Under the pieces are notes generated by a model. It was not told the DNA's origin. It did not search any database and saw nothing but the letters and a program-made list of their open reading frames with translations. This document shows, piece by piece, positions 37,378 through 45,988 of a DNA stretch of 64,000 bases. Every line of letters begins with the position of its first letter. The first letter of the stretch is position 1. The DNA is from Nitrososphaerota archaeon (lineage in GTDB: Archaea; Thermoproteota; Nitrososphaeria; Nitrososphaerales; UBA57), in contig JACAFT010000002.1 of NCBI GenBank assembly GCA_013378375.1, positions 13,802 to 77,801 of the forward strand. Reading direction: 5' to 3'. The position numbers were made by a program, and so were the translations under genes.

Positions 37378-38325
37378 TTGAAAAAAGATGAATTAGGTTC
37401 CGTAGTTAACGACGATAGAGCTATTGGTAATAAAGTTCAAAGTTGTCAGAGATGTGGCAAGGGTCCTATAGTTGTTGATTCTTCTGGCGGAGAAATGACT
37501 TGTAGTCATTGTGGTTTTGTTATAGTTGATAAAATTGAAGAAGAAGGTCCTGAATGGCGTGCATTTTCTAAAGAAGAAAAAGATGATAGATCTAGGACTG
37601 GTGTTCCGTCTTCATTAGCTATGCATGATATGGGTTTAGCTACTGTTATTGGTGCAGAAGATCGTGATGCTGCTGGACGTTCATTGCCCGCATCTATGAA
37701 AGCTGCCATTGAAAGATTACGTACCTGGGATGGAAGAAGTCAAGTTCATGAACCTGTTGATAGAAATCTTCGACAAGCTTTTAGTGAATTAGATCGATTG
37801 GCTGATAAATTAAATCTTAGTGATGCAGTTATTGAGAAAGCTGCATATGTGTATAGAAAGGCACTTGAAAAAGGGTTGGTTCGAGGACGTTCTATTTCTG
37901 CATTAATTGCCGCATCATTATATGCTGCTTGTCGTGACACTGAAACTCCTAGAACTTTAAAAGATGTTGCTGCCGCTTGTAATATTAAGAAAAAAGATAT
38001 TGCTCGTTGTTATAGATTACTTTTACGAGAAATGGATCTTCGGATGCCTGTTGTTGATCCTACTAAATGTGTTTCTCGAATTGCCAGTAAAGCTGGTTTA
38101 TCTGAAAAAACAAAACGTAGTGCGTTATTAATTTTAAAGAAAGCCGAGGATACTAGGACTTCTGCTGGTAAAGATCCTATGGGTCTTGCTGCTGCTGCTT
38201 TATACGTTGCTTGCGTAATGGAGGGTGAAAATAAAACTCAGAAAGACGTTGCGGAGGCTGCTGGAGTAACTGAAGTTACTATTCGTAACCGTTATAAAGG
38301 CTTGAAATCAGCATTACAGCTCTAG
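37378..38325 (+). CDS. tfb: Transcription initiation factor B (TFB)
   Basis: 315 aa, TTG start. Zn ribbon CQRCG...CSHCG, B-reader, two cyclin folds. Noticeably less AT-rich than its neighbours. Confidence 0.95.
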   Translation: MKKDELGSVVNDDRAIGNKVQSCQRCGKGPIVVDSSGGEMTCSHCGFVIVDKIEEEGPEWRAFSKEEKDDRSRTGVPSSLAMHDMGLATVIGAEDRDAAGRSLPASMKAAIERLRTWDGRSQVHEPVDRNLRQAFSELDRLADKLNLSDAVIEKAAYVYRKALEKGLVRGRSISALIAASLYAACRDTETPRTLKDVAAACNIKKKDIARCYRLLLREMDLRMPVVDPTKCVSRIASKAGLSEKTKRSALLILKKAEDTRTSAGKDPMGLAAAALYVACVMEGENKTQKDVAEAAGVTEVTIRNRYKGLKSALQL

Positions 38326-38362
38326 AAGTATTGTTTTACCTTTCAAAATTTAGGCCGTGAGT

Positions 38363-38791
38363 TTATCTACCCTTACTCATGTCAATTAGTTCTATTCCAG
38401 TTTCTTGAGCAAATGTAAATATTTTATTATCTCGATAAAACTCTCCAAAATAGATCTTCTTGATTCCACTATTTGCTAGTATTTTAAAACATGGCCAACA
38501 AGGACTTGCTGTAAGATATATACTTGAATTATTAATATTTGTTCCATTCATTGATGATTGTGCTACTGCATTAACTTCTGCATGAACTGTTCTTACACAA
38601 TGTCCGTTTTCAATTAAATGACCTATCTCATCACAATGTTTTACGCCTCTAATACTTCCGTTATATCCTGTTGACAGTATTACCTTATCTCTGACAATTA
38701 CTGCTCCGACATGTTTTCTATCACAAGTAGATCTTTTCGATACTTGTAATGCAATTTCCATAAAGTAATTGTCCCAAGTTGGTCTAGTCAT
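38363..38791 (-). CDS. dCMP/cytidine deaminase family protein
   Basis: 142 aa. HAEVNA and PCWPC zinc motifs. Confidence 0.85.
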   Translation of the reverse strand: MTRPTWDNYFMEIALQVSKRSTCDRKHVGAVIVRDKVILSTGYNGSIRGVKHCDEIGHLIENGHCVRTVHAEVNAVAQSSMNGTNINNSSIYLTASPCWPCFKILANSGIKKIYFGEFYRDNKIFTFAQETGIELIDMSKGR

Positions 38792-39743
38792 ATCTTGATA
38801 AATAATTTCTGTAGGTATTAAAATTTAGTATAATCAGTAATATCATTATTAGTCCTAACATATTAAACACGATAGAAATAATTTGATACAAATTATTAAA
38901 AATCCATATTTGACTATCATAATATACATAGACATAAAGAAGGTAATTGAAACTCCAATGCAATAGTATTGCCATTCCAAATCCATAATGTATGTATACT
39001 AAGCCAATGATTATACCTAAGAACGAAGCAATTATTGCCTTTCCTACTAACCAGTTTGAACTATAAATTATATGTGCAATGCCGAAATATATTCCAATAA
39101 TTATTGCTATTGCATAAAGCAATTTAATATAATATTCTGCTTTACTCTTCTCCAGTTTATTTATTTTTGAAATTGGATGAATTGCTCCTATTAATGCTTC
39201 TTTCGTTCCTAATTTTGTTTTTAATATTAAGAATGTAAACAGTCCAAGGGTTGATAATCTAAATCCTATTTCTTCCGTAATTGGAGCTAAAGAAATTTGA
39301 AATAAATTTACTATGTATGAGTTTTCTTGAATATTTCCTGTTTGTATTCCCATATTAGTCTGAATGAATTCCATTACATTTACAATAAAAAAACACATAA
39401 CAAATAAAACTGCGAAAATACAAGCCTTATTGTTGATTGAATTCTTTGTAAATTTCTTATTTACATTTATGGATTTAATTAATGTAAATAATATGGTTCT
39501 TACAAAGATTGCCAGATAAATAATACTTAATATAGAAAAACCAAGTGTAATGTTGTTGATTTCGTTTGTTGTAATCTGATAACCAAATAGAAATATTGGT
39601 ATGCTTACCGTTATATTTTCTAATCCTGAATTTATTTCATTAATTAATGCAAAAAATGCTAATGGGAATGAAATTAACATTAATAAAATAACTAATGTCG
39701 AAATTCCACCTACAAATAAATAAATATTATTTCTGTCTGACAA
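38784..39743 (-). CDS. CPBP-family intramembrane glutamic endopeptidase (CAAX protease-like)
   Basis: 319 aa polytopic protein. EEIGFR motif (APITEEIGFRL), later H at GAIHP, and LLHWSFN. Confidence 0.7.
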   Translation of the reverse strand: MSDRNNIYLFVGGISTLVILLMLISFPLAFFALINEINSGLENITVSIPIFLFGYQITTNEINNITLGFSILSIIYLAIFVRTILFTLIKSINVNKKFTKNSINNKACIFAVLFVMCFFIVNVMEFIQTNMGIQTGNIQENSYIVNLFQISLAPITEEIGFRLSTLGLFTFLILKTKLGTKEALIGAIHPISKINKLEKSKAEYYIKLLYAIAIIIGIYFGIAHIIYSSNWLVGKAIIASFLGIIIGLVYIHYGFGMAILLHWSFNYLLYVYVYYDSQIWIFNNLYQIISIVFNMLGLIMILLIILNFNTYRNYLSRYD

Positions 39744-39752
39744 ATTTAACGT

Positions 39753-39950
39753 CTATTTTTTATTATCTTGTTTTTCAAAATAAACACTTCCTTTATAACC
39801 ACATTTCTTACAATGAAATTCTTCTGGTAATAACCAATTGGTAAAATGATCATTCACCCAATCTAATTCCGAAGTGCATTTTGGACATACTTTAGTTTTT
39901 GAATTTGGCGCTGTATATTTAATTTTGAGATTTTTTATTTTGTCAAACAT
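39753..39950 (-). CDS. Small zinc-ribbon protein
   Basis: 65 aa. CPKC...CKKC. Confidence 0.5.
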   Translation of the reverse strand: MFDKIKNLKIKYTAPNSKTKVCPKCTSELDWVNDHFTNWLLPEEFHCKKCGYKGSVYFEKQDNKK

Positions 39951-39955
39951 GTGTA

Positions 39956-40273
39956 TTATTGTACCTCTATTGAAGATTCATTAAATCCTAGATCTACTAG
40001 GTGAGATTTTAATACATCTCTATGATCTCCTTGAAGTATTACTAATTTTCCCTTTCCAGATCCGCCACACGCTAATATATTTTTTAATTTTTTGGTTATT
40101 TCTATTATATCTGTACTCTTTGATTCTAAACCCTCTATAATCGTTGTTGGCTTTTTGAATCTTCTCATTTCTAATCTTACAATAATTCTCGAATCATCTT
40201 TTTCAAGTTCTTGACAGACACATAAATCCGTCGGTAACCCACATTTATTACATACTTCCATGATTTGACACAA
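39956..40273 (-). CDS. sui1: Translation initiation factor SUI1/aIF1
   Basis: 105 aa; may start at the internal MEVCNKCG. N-terminal Zn knuckle, then the SUI1 fold RRFKKPTTIIEGL...ACGGSGKGKLVILQGDHR. Confidence 0.85.
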   Translation of the reverse strand: MCQIMEVCNKCGLPTDLCVCQELEKDDSRIIVRLEMRRFKKPTTIIEGLESKSTDIIEITKKLKNILACGGSGKGKLVILQGDHRDVLKSHLVDLGFNESSIEVQ

Positions 40274-40440
40274 CTTGATAATAATTACTATTTATTTTAG
40301 ATAATTGATATTTTAACAGTGTTAATTCTCTTCTCCGATTCCTCAGGTTACAAGAAGTCTTTACGTCATAGATAAGTATTGTTATTCAATATAAACGCCA
40401 AAAAATTATATATAGTGGTATAACTCATTATTTTGAACAC

Positions 40441-40662
40441 TTGAATATTAATCAAATCTCATATTTTGGCTATTTGCTAGTTATTTTTGGAATTATTCTC
40501 ATTTTCTTACCTATGATTATCAGATATTTGCCTTTTATTGATTCTGAACAAATTCCTTGGTTTATACTTTATGTATATAAAAAGGGTGATTTTGTATTTG
40601 CTACTTCTCCATTTCTTATTATTATTGGTTTAGTTCTGTCTTATTTTTTTATATCTAAATGA
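40441..40662 (+). CDS. Small membrane protein, unknown function
   Basis: 73 aa, TTG start, two or three hydrophobic helices. Confidence 0.4.
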   Translation: MNINQISYFGYLLVIFGIILIFLPMIIRYLPFIDSEQIPWFILYVYKKGDFVFATSPFLIIIGLVLSYFFISK

Positions 40663-40706
40663 TTTTTTTAATTTACTATTTTTTTAACCTTATAAATTGA
40701 CTTTAC

Positions 40707-41426
40707 ATGATACTTATTATGCTTGGATCTTACTTTCTATTTTCAGAATATAAGTTAATTGAAGGTTTGTTGTATCTTATCGGTTCTTTTATTGGATATC
40801 GAGTTTTTCGAATAGCACGAGAAGGTTATAGGGATACACGTAGCCCTACTATGCTTAGACTTACTATTTCTTTTATTGCACTTACAATTGGATTCTTTAT
40901 GACTGCCTTTACCTACATCTTTCCTATATTTACACAACTCACTTTCAACTCCAATTTTCTATTTAATTTTCGTTTTGAATTATTAGGAATATCAATTGCA
41001 TTAACTTCTTTGTTTTTTATAATTGCGGCATCATTTGAACTCTTGGGTTATTTTATTCTGGCATTGGGGCATGGTATTAAATCATATCAAAGATCTGCTT
41101 TAGTTCCTGCTGCATTTGGCTTTTTAACTACCGTATCTGTTTTATCTATTTTGAAATCAATTTCTTTCGTTTTTCTTCTTTACGGGGCATTTGAAACCTT
41201 TTTATCATATTTAGAAGCAAAAAAACGTCCTATTTTGTATATGTTTCTTGGTTTTGCTATGTTGTCTATAGGTGAATTTATAAGGTGGTTAGCATTATTT
41301 TACTCAGGTTTAACTCCGTTAATGATATCTTCTATTTTAGTCAAATTAATTGGATTCATAATGCTTTATACCCCAGTAAGTAAATATAACTCGTTAAAAG
41401 GAATTAATCAAAATGTCGACATATAG
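40707..41426 (+). CDS. Seven-helix membrane protein, unknown function
   Basis: 239 aa. About 7 hydrophobic segments by eye. The 3' end overlaps the following wHTH gene by 14 nt. Confidence 0.5.
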   Translation: MILIMLGSYFLFSEYKLIEGLLYLIGSFIGYRVFRIAREGYRDTRSPTMLRLTISFIALTIGFFMTAFTYIFPIFTQLTFNSNFLFNFRFELLGISIALTSLFFIIAASFELLGYFILALGHGIKSYQRSALVPAAFGFLTTVSVLSILKSISFVFLLYGAFETFLSYLEAKKRPILYMFLGFAMLSIGEFIRWLALFYSGLTPLMISSILVKLIGFIMLYTPVSKYNSLKGINQNVDI

Positions 41427-41700
41427 AACTCAAGTCAAAATAGTTGCAGATGTACTCTCATGCATTAGTGATGGTAATGCTGGAGAACAAGGACTTGGTA
41501 TTACTCGTATTTTACAAAAAGCAAATCTGTCTTATTCTAGAGCTACAAATATTTTGAATCGTCTAATTAAGTTTGGTTTAGTAGAACAAATTAATATAGA
41601 CAATAGTCAAAGATATGTTATTAGTCATAAAGGTATAGAATTTTTACAATCACATTCAGACTTTGCTGACTTTGCTGAAAGTTTCGGTATGAAGCTCTAG
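41413..41700 (+). CDS. Small winged-helix DNA-binding protein (COG3432-like archaeal regulator)
   Basis: 95 aa. GITRILQKANLSYSRATNILNRLIKFGLVEQ helix-turn-helix, followed by a beta wing (RYVISHKG). Confidence 0.6.
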   Translation: MSTYRTQVKIVADVLSCISDGNAGEQGLGITRILQKANLSYSRATNILNRLIKFGLVEQINIDNSQRYVISHKGIEFLQSHSDFADFAESFGMKL

Positions 41701-41710
41701 TTTTCTTTAC

Positions 41711-42556
41711 ATGAAACTAGGAGTACATGTATCAATTGCAGGTTCGATAGATCTTTCTATTGATAGAGCTAAATCTTTAGGTCTAGATACTTTTCAAATA
41801 TTTACAAGGAACCCAAGAGGTTGGAAGTTTACCGATCTTAAATCTAATGATGTTGATAATTTTCAAAATAAAATTCTAACTGAGAAAATCCAATCTGTTG
41901 TATGTCACATGCCTTATTTACCAAATTTATCTTCTCCGAAAGATTATGTTCATAAGCTATCAATTGAAGCGTTAACTTCTGAATTAAATCGATGTAATCA
42001 GTTAGGCATTAAATATGTTGTTACTCATATAGGAAGTCATTTAGGTTCAGGCGTGGAAGAAGGACTTAAACGAGTAATTGATGCTTGTAATCAATCTCTT
42101 GCTAATTCCAAAGGGGATTCAATGATTATTCTAGAAAATACTGCAGGAACAAAAAATAGTGTAGGTTCGAAATTTGAAGAATTGAAACACATTTTTGACA
42201 ACGTTGATGATAATACGCGTTTGGGTTTTTGTTTTGATACTTGTCATGCATTTGCCGCAGGATATGATCTGTCTACAAAAAATGCCGTTCATAATACTAT
42301 CAGTGAATTAGATCATATTCTTGGTTTGAATAATCTAAAAGTAGTTCATCTTAATGATTCCAAAGGTGGTCTTGGTGAGCACCTGGACCGGCATCATCAT
42401 ATTGGTCAAGGCTATATAGGAGAAAAAGGATTCCGGGAGATTTTAAAAAATCAATCAATTACCAATCTGCCTATGATCTTGGAAACTCCAATAGATGAAA
42501 ATACTGGAGATTTAGATAATATTAAAAAAATACAAATTTTACATTCTCATTCATAA
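41711..42556 (+). CDS. nfo: Endonuclease IV (AP endonuclease, TIM barrel)
   Basis: 281 aa. VTHIGSH, CFDTCHAFAAGYD, HLNDSK and HHHIG metal-ligand motifs. Confidence 0.9.
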   Translation: MKLGVHVSIAGSIDLSIDRAKSLGLDTFQIFTRNPRGWKFTDLKSNDVDNFQNKILTEKIQSVVCHMPYLPNLSSPKDYVHKLSIEALTSELNRCNQLGIKYVVTHIGSHLGSGVEEGLKRVIDACNQSLANSKGDSMIILENTAGTKNSVGSKFEELKHIFDNVDDNTRLGFCFDTCHAFAAGYDLSTKNAVHNTISELDHILGLNNLKVVHLNDSKGGLGEHLDRHHHIGQGYIGEKGFREILKNQSITNLPMILETPIDENTGDLDNIKKIQILHSHS

Positions 42557-42626
42557 ATTTTTTGATAAAAACAGCTTCGGCATTATGGTTATATATGGAC
42601 TAAATCATTTTTTTAAATGGGGTAAA

Positions 42627-42893
42627 GTGGCAGCAACTTCGGAATTCAAAATCGACGTTTTGATTTCGAACAAACCGGATATTAAAGATCCGGAAGGCGA
42701 AACAATTTTACAAGATTTGTTTTTACGAAATAATTTTGATGATGTAACTTCTGTTAAGACTGCTAAAGTAATTCAATTAATTATTAAAGCAAATAATATT
42801 GAAGATGCTAAAAGTAGAGCATTATCTATTTGTGATGAGTTGAGAATATATAATCCATTAGTAAGTGTTTGTAATATTCGGAGTTCGGAATGA
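42627..42893 (+). CDS. purS: Phosphoribosylformylglycinamidine synthase subunit PurS
   Basis: The ORF opens at ATG 42585. GTG 42627 gives an 88-aa product that aligns with the family N-terminus (FKIDVLISNKPDIKDPEG). The start is uncertain. Confidence 0.75.
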   Translation: MAATSEFKIDVLISNKPDIKDPEGETILQDLFLRNNFDDVTSVKTAKVIQLIIKANNIEDAKSRALSICDELRIYNPLVSVCNIRSSE

Positions 42894-42894
42894 T

Positions 42895-43608
42895 TTGAAG
42901 GTTGCTATTATACAATTTCCAGGAACTAATTGTGATATAGATACTTATCGTGTTTTTACTAATGAACTTGTTATTGATACTTCTTTAATTTGGCATGAAA
43001 AAGATGTGGATCTACAAGAATATGATGCTGTTATACTTCCAGGTGGTTTTTCTTATGGCGATCATCTTCGTGCAGGTATTATTGCAGCACATAGTCCTAT
43101 TGCAAAACAATTGAAAAAACTTTCTCTTAGAGGAAAACCAATTATTGGAATATGTAATGGTTTTCAAATTTTGGTAGAATTGGGTTTACTTCCTGGTGCT
43201 TTGTTACGTAATTCTAATTTAAGATTTGTTTGTAAATGGACTACGTTAAAAGTTGAAAATACTAATTTGTTTACAAATTGTTTTGAATCTAATTCATTAA
43301 TTCGTATGCCTATTGCGCATAATGAAGGTAGATATTATGTTACTGATGAGACATTACAAGATTTAGAAATTAATAAACAAATTATTTTACGTTATGTTGA
43401 TTCTTCAGGAAAAGTGTCAATTAATAGTAATCCAAATGGTTCAGTTTCAAACATTGCCGCAGTTTCAAATACTGAAGGTAATGTTCTTGGAATGATGCCT
43501 CATCCAGAACGTGCGTCAGAAAATATTCTTAGTCCATATTCTACGAACGACGGTTTAGGTATTTTTAGATCAATGGCTCTTTCTTTGGAGGTAATGCTTA
43601 AAGAATGA
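42895..43608 (+). CDS. purQ: FGAM synthase glutaminase subunit PurQ
   Basis: TTG 42895, just after the purS stop, gives LKVAIIQFPGTNCD. Catalytic GICNGFQ and the HPER triad are present. Confidence 0.9.
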   Translation: MKVAIIQFPGTNCDIDTYRVFTNELVIDTSLIWHEKDVDLQEYDAVILPGGFSYGDHLRAGIIAAHSPIAKQLKKLSLRGKPIIGICNGFQILVELGLLPGALLRNSNLRFVCKWTTLKVENTNLFTNCFESNSLIRMPIAHNEGRYYVTDETLQDLEINKQIILRYVDSSGKVSINSNPNGSVSNIAAVSNTEGNVLGMMPHPERASENILSPYSTNDGLGIFRSMALSLEVMLKE

Positions 43609-43781
43609 GCGACCATTTCTGTGAGTCATGTAAGTTAATCGATTCCGTGAGTGAAAATATAATTCATCGTCACGAACATTTCTGCGAATCTTGTAACAAT
43701 AATGAAATAAGGATAGCAGAGGCTTTGGAGAAGATAGCTCTTGAATTAAGGACGATAAAAGATGAGGTGTTTAAAGCATGA
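43605..43781 (+). CDS. Unannotated 58-codon ORF with duplicated HFCESC (CxxC) motifs and a C-terminal amphipathic helix, translationally coupled to purQ and purL
   Basis: Hand translation: MSDHFCESCKLIDSVSENIIHRHEHFCESCNNNEIRIAEALEKIALELRTIKDEVFKA. ATGA overlaps at both ends (43605-43608 and 43778-43781). GGAGG lies at 43587-43591. Confidence 0.55.
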   Translation: MSDHFCESCKLIDSVSENIIHRHEHFCESCNNNEIRIAEALEKIALELRTIKDEVFKA

Positions 43782-45988
43782 GCAAAACTGAATTTGTAGA
43801 TCATTCTCTTACTGATACTGAATTAGCGTATATTGAAAAATCCCTTCAACGTAAAGCAAATCTTGTTGAATTGACAATGATTGATGCACAATGGTCTGAA
43901 CATTGTAGTTATAAATCCTCTAAATCATTACTCAAACTTCTTCCAACTAAAGGAAAGAGAGTGTTGCTTGGACCTGGTTATGAGGCTGGCGTCTTAGACG
44001 TTGATAATGGACAAATTCTTACTATGCATATAGAAAGCCATAATCATCCTTCTGCAATTGATCCCTATGGAGGTGCAGCAACTGGTGTTGGTGGAGTACT
44101 TCGTGATATTCTATCAATTGGAACTAGACCCTTGGCCGTTCTTGATTCTTTACGCTTTGGTAATCTTGACAGTACTAATAGTAAATGGCTACTTCGAAAT
44201 GTAGTTCGTGGTATTGCTGATTATGGAAATTGTGTTGGAATTCCTACTATCGGTGGTGAATTGTCATTTGATTCTTGTTTTGAAACTAATTGTTTAGTTG
44301 ACGTTGTTTGTATTGGCGTTGGAAAAAGAAAACAATTGATATATTCAGAAGCAAAAAATGTAGGCGATATTCTAATATTGTTAGGTGGAAGAACTGGTAG
44401 GGATGGAATTCATGGTTCATCATTTGCCTCAAAAGATTTAGAAGACGAACCTGAAGATCGTTCTGCAGTTCAAATTCCTGATCCACTCATGAAAAAATTA
44501 ATTATCGAAGCAACACTTGACGCACTGTCCACTGGATATGTTTCTGGACTTAAAGATCTTGGAGGTGGAGGTCTTGCGTGTTGTTTATCAGAAGTTAGTG
44601 ATATGGGGAATACTGGTGTTGAAGTTGATCTTGGTAAAATCCACTTACGTGAATCTAATATGGAACCTTATGAGATCCTTATATCTGAATCACAAGAAAG
44701 AATGCTCTTTATTGTAAATCCAAATAATTCTACAGAAATTTTAAAAGCTTTTGATAAATATAATCTTCCTTATTCAGTTATTGGTAAAGTAACTGATAGT
44801 AAAAGTGTAGTTATTAAACAAAATAACAAAATCATTGTTGATTTACCCACATCTCTTATTGCAAATGCTCCTTTGATAAATTGGCCTAAAACTAAACCTG
44901 ATCATTTAAATAATATTTCTCATTCGAAACCTGAATTACCATCAAATATTCAAGAAACTATATTGAAAGTTTTATCGTCTCCAAATCTTGCTAATAAATC
45001 TTGGATTTTTAGTCAATATGATCATGAAGTTGGCACAAATACCGTAATAAAACCCGGTGAATCTGGAGCTTCGGTAATGCGTATTTCTAACGAAAAATTT
45101 ATTGCAATATCTGTTGATGGGAATCCTTCTCATTGTTATCTTGATCCTTATCATGGTGCCGCAGGTGTTGTAGCTGAAGCAATGAGGAATGTAATTTCTG
45201 TTGGGGCAGAACCAATTGCAATGCTTGATCATTTACAATTTGGCAATCCTGGTAATTCTGATGTGTTTTGGACATTCAATGAAACCATTAATGCTCTTTC
45301 AGATTTTTGTTATTATATTGATTTGCCTTGTGTTGGTGGGAAAGTAAGCTTCTATAATGAAGATGCAAAAACTCATGAAGCAATTAAACCCAGTCCTGTG
45401 ATTTCTGTCGCTGGTTTGATTAAAGGTTCGCATAATATTAGAACACGGAAAATTTCTACATCACATCCTGTCATTGTTTTGGTTGGAACTACATTTGATG
45501 AATTAGGAGGTTCTGAATATTATTCAGTTATGAACAATAAGAACTCTGGTATTGTTCCTAAACTAAATTTTGAACTAGAAAAGAAAGCACAAAAACTAGT
45601 ACGTGATGGAATTAAAGTTGGATTGTTTGGAGCAGTGACTGATTGTTCTAAAGGCGGTTTAGTTCATTCTTTGTTACAAATGTGCATGAGTGGTGATATT
45701 GGTGCTAGTGTTGATCTTTCTAAAATTCCAACTAATTGTAAACGCTGGGATGATATCTTATTTTCCGAATCTCATTCTCGTTTTCTTGTAACTATTAAAG
45801 AAAAAAATCTTGTTAATTTATTGAATATTTCTAGAAATCATAATATTCCTGTCTCAATTATTGGTTATGTCGGAGGTAAAGATCTGGAACTTAAAAATAA
45901 CGACGATGTACTTTTTTCAAGTGAAATTACTTACATTTCAGATTCTGTATATTCAAGTTTATCTAAATTAATGGATGATGCTGTTTGA
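43778..45988 (+). CDS. purL: FGAM synthase II, large subunit PurL
   Basis: 736 aa. Conserved ESHNHPS, GGAATGVGG and DLGGGGL blocks. Confidence 0.95.
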   Translation: MSKTEFVDHSLTDTELAYIEKSLQRKANLVELTMIDAQWSEHCSYKSSKSLLKLLPTKGKRVLLGPGYEAGVLDVDNGQILTMHIESHNHPSAIDPYGGAATGVGGVLRDILSIGTRPLAVLDSLRFGNLDSTNSKWLLRNVVRGIADYGNCVGIPTIGGELSFDSCFETNCLVDVVCIGVGKRKQLIYSEAKNVGDILILLGGRTGRDGIHGSSFASKDLEDEPEDRSAVQIPDPLMKKLIIEATLDALSTGYVSGLKDLGGGGLACCLSEVSDMGNTGVEVDLGKIHLRESNMEPYEILISESQERMLFIVNPNNSTEILKAFDKYNLPYSVIGKVTDSKSVVIKQNNKIIVDLPTSLIANAPLINWPKTKPDHLNNISHSKPELPSNIQETILKVLSSPNLANKSWIFSQYDHEVGTNTVIKPGESGASVMRISNEKFIAISVDGNPSHCYLDPYHGAAGVVAEAMRNVISVGAEPIAMLDHLQFGNPGNSDVFWTFNETINALSDFCYYIDLPCVGGKVSFYNEDAKTHEAIKPSPVISVAGLIKGSHNIRTRKISTSHPVIVLVGTTFDELGGSEYYSVMNNKNSGIVPKLNFELEKKAQKLVRDGIKVGLFGAVTDCSKGGLVHSLLQMCMSGDIGASVDLSKIPTNCKRWDDILFSESHSRFLVTIKEKNLVNLLNISRNHNIPVSIIGYVGGKDLELKNNDDVLFSSEITYISDSVYSSLSKLMDDAV

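Noticed and set aside
40707-41426. The 7TM protein has a Lys in its last helix (SSILVKLIGF), raising the idea of a rhodopsin or heliorhodopsin.
   Set aside because: It has only one Trp, no RYxDW/DTD-type helix-3 motif, and no aromatic retinal-pocket pattern. The Lys alone is insufficient.
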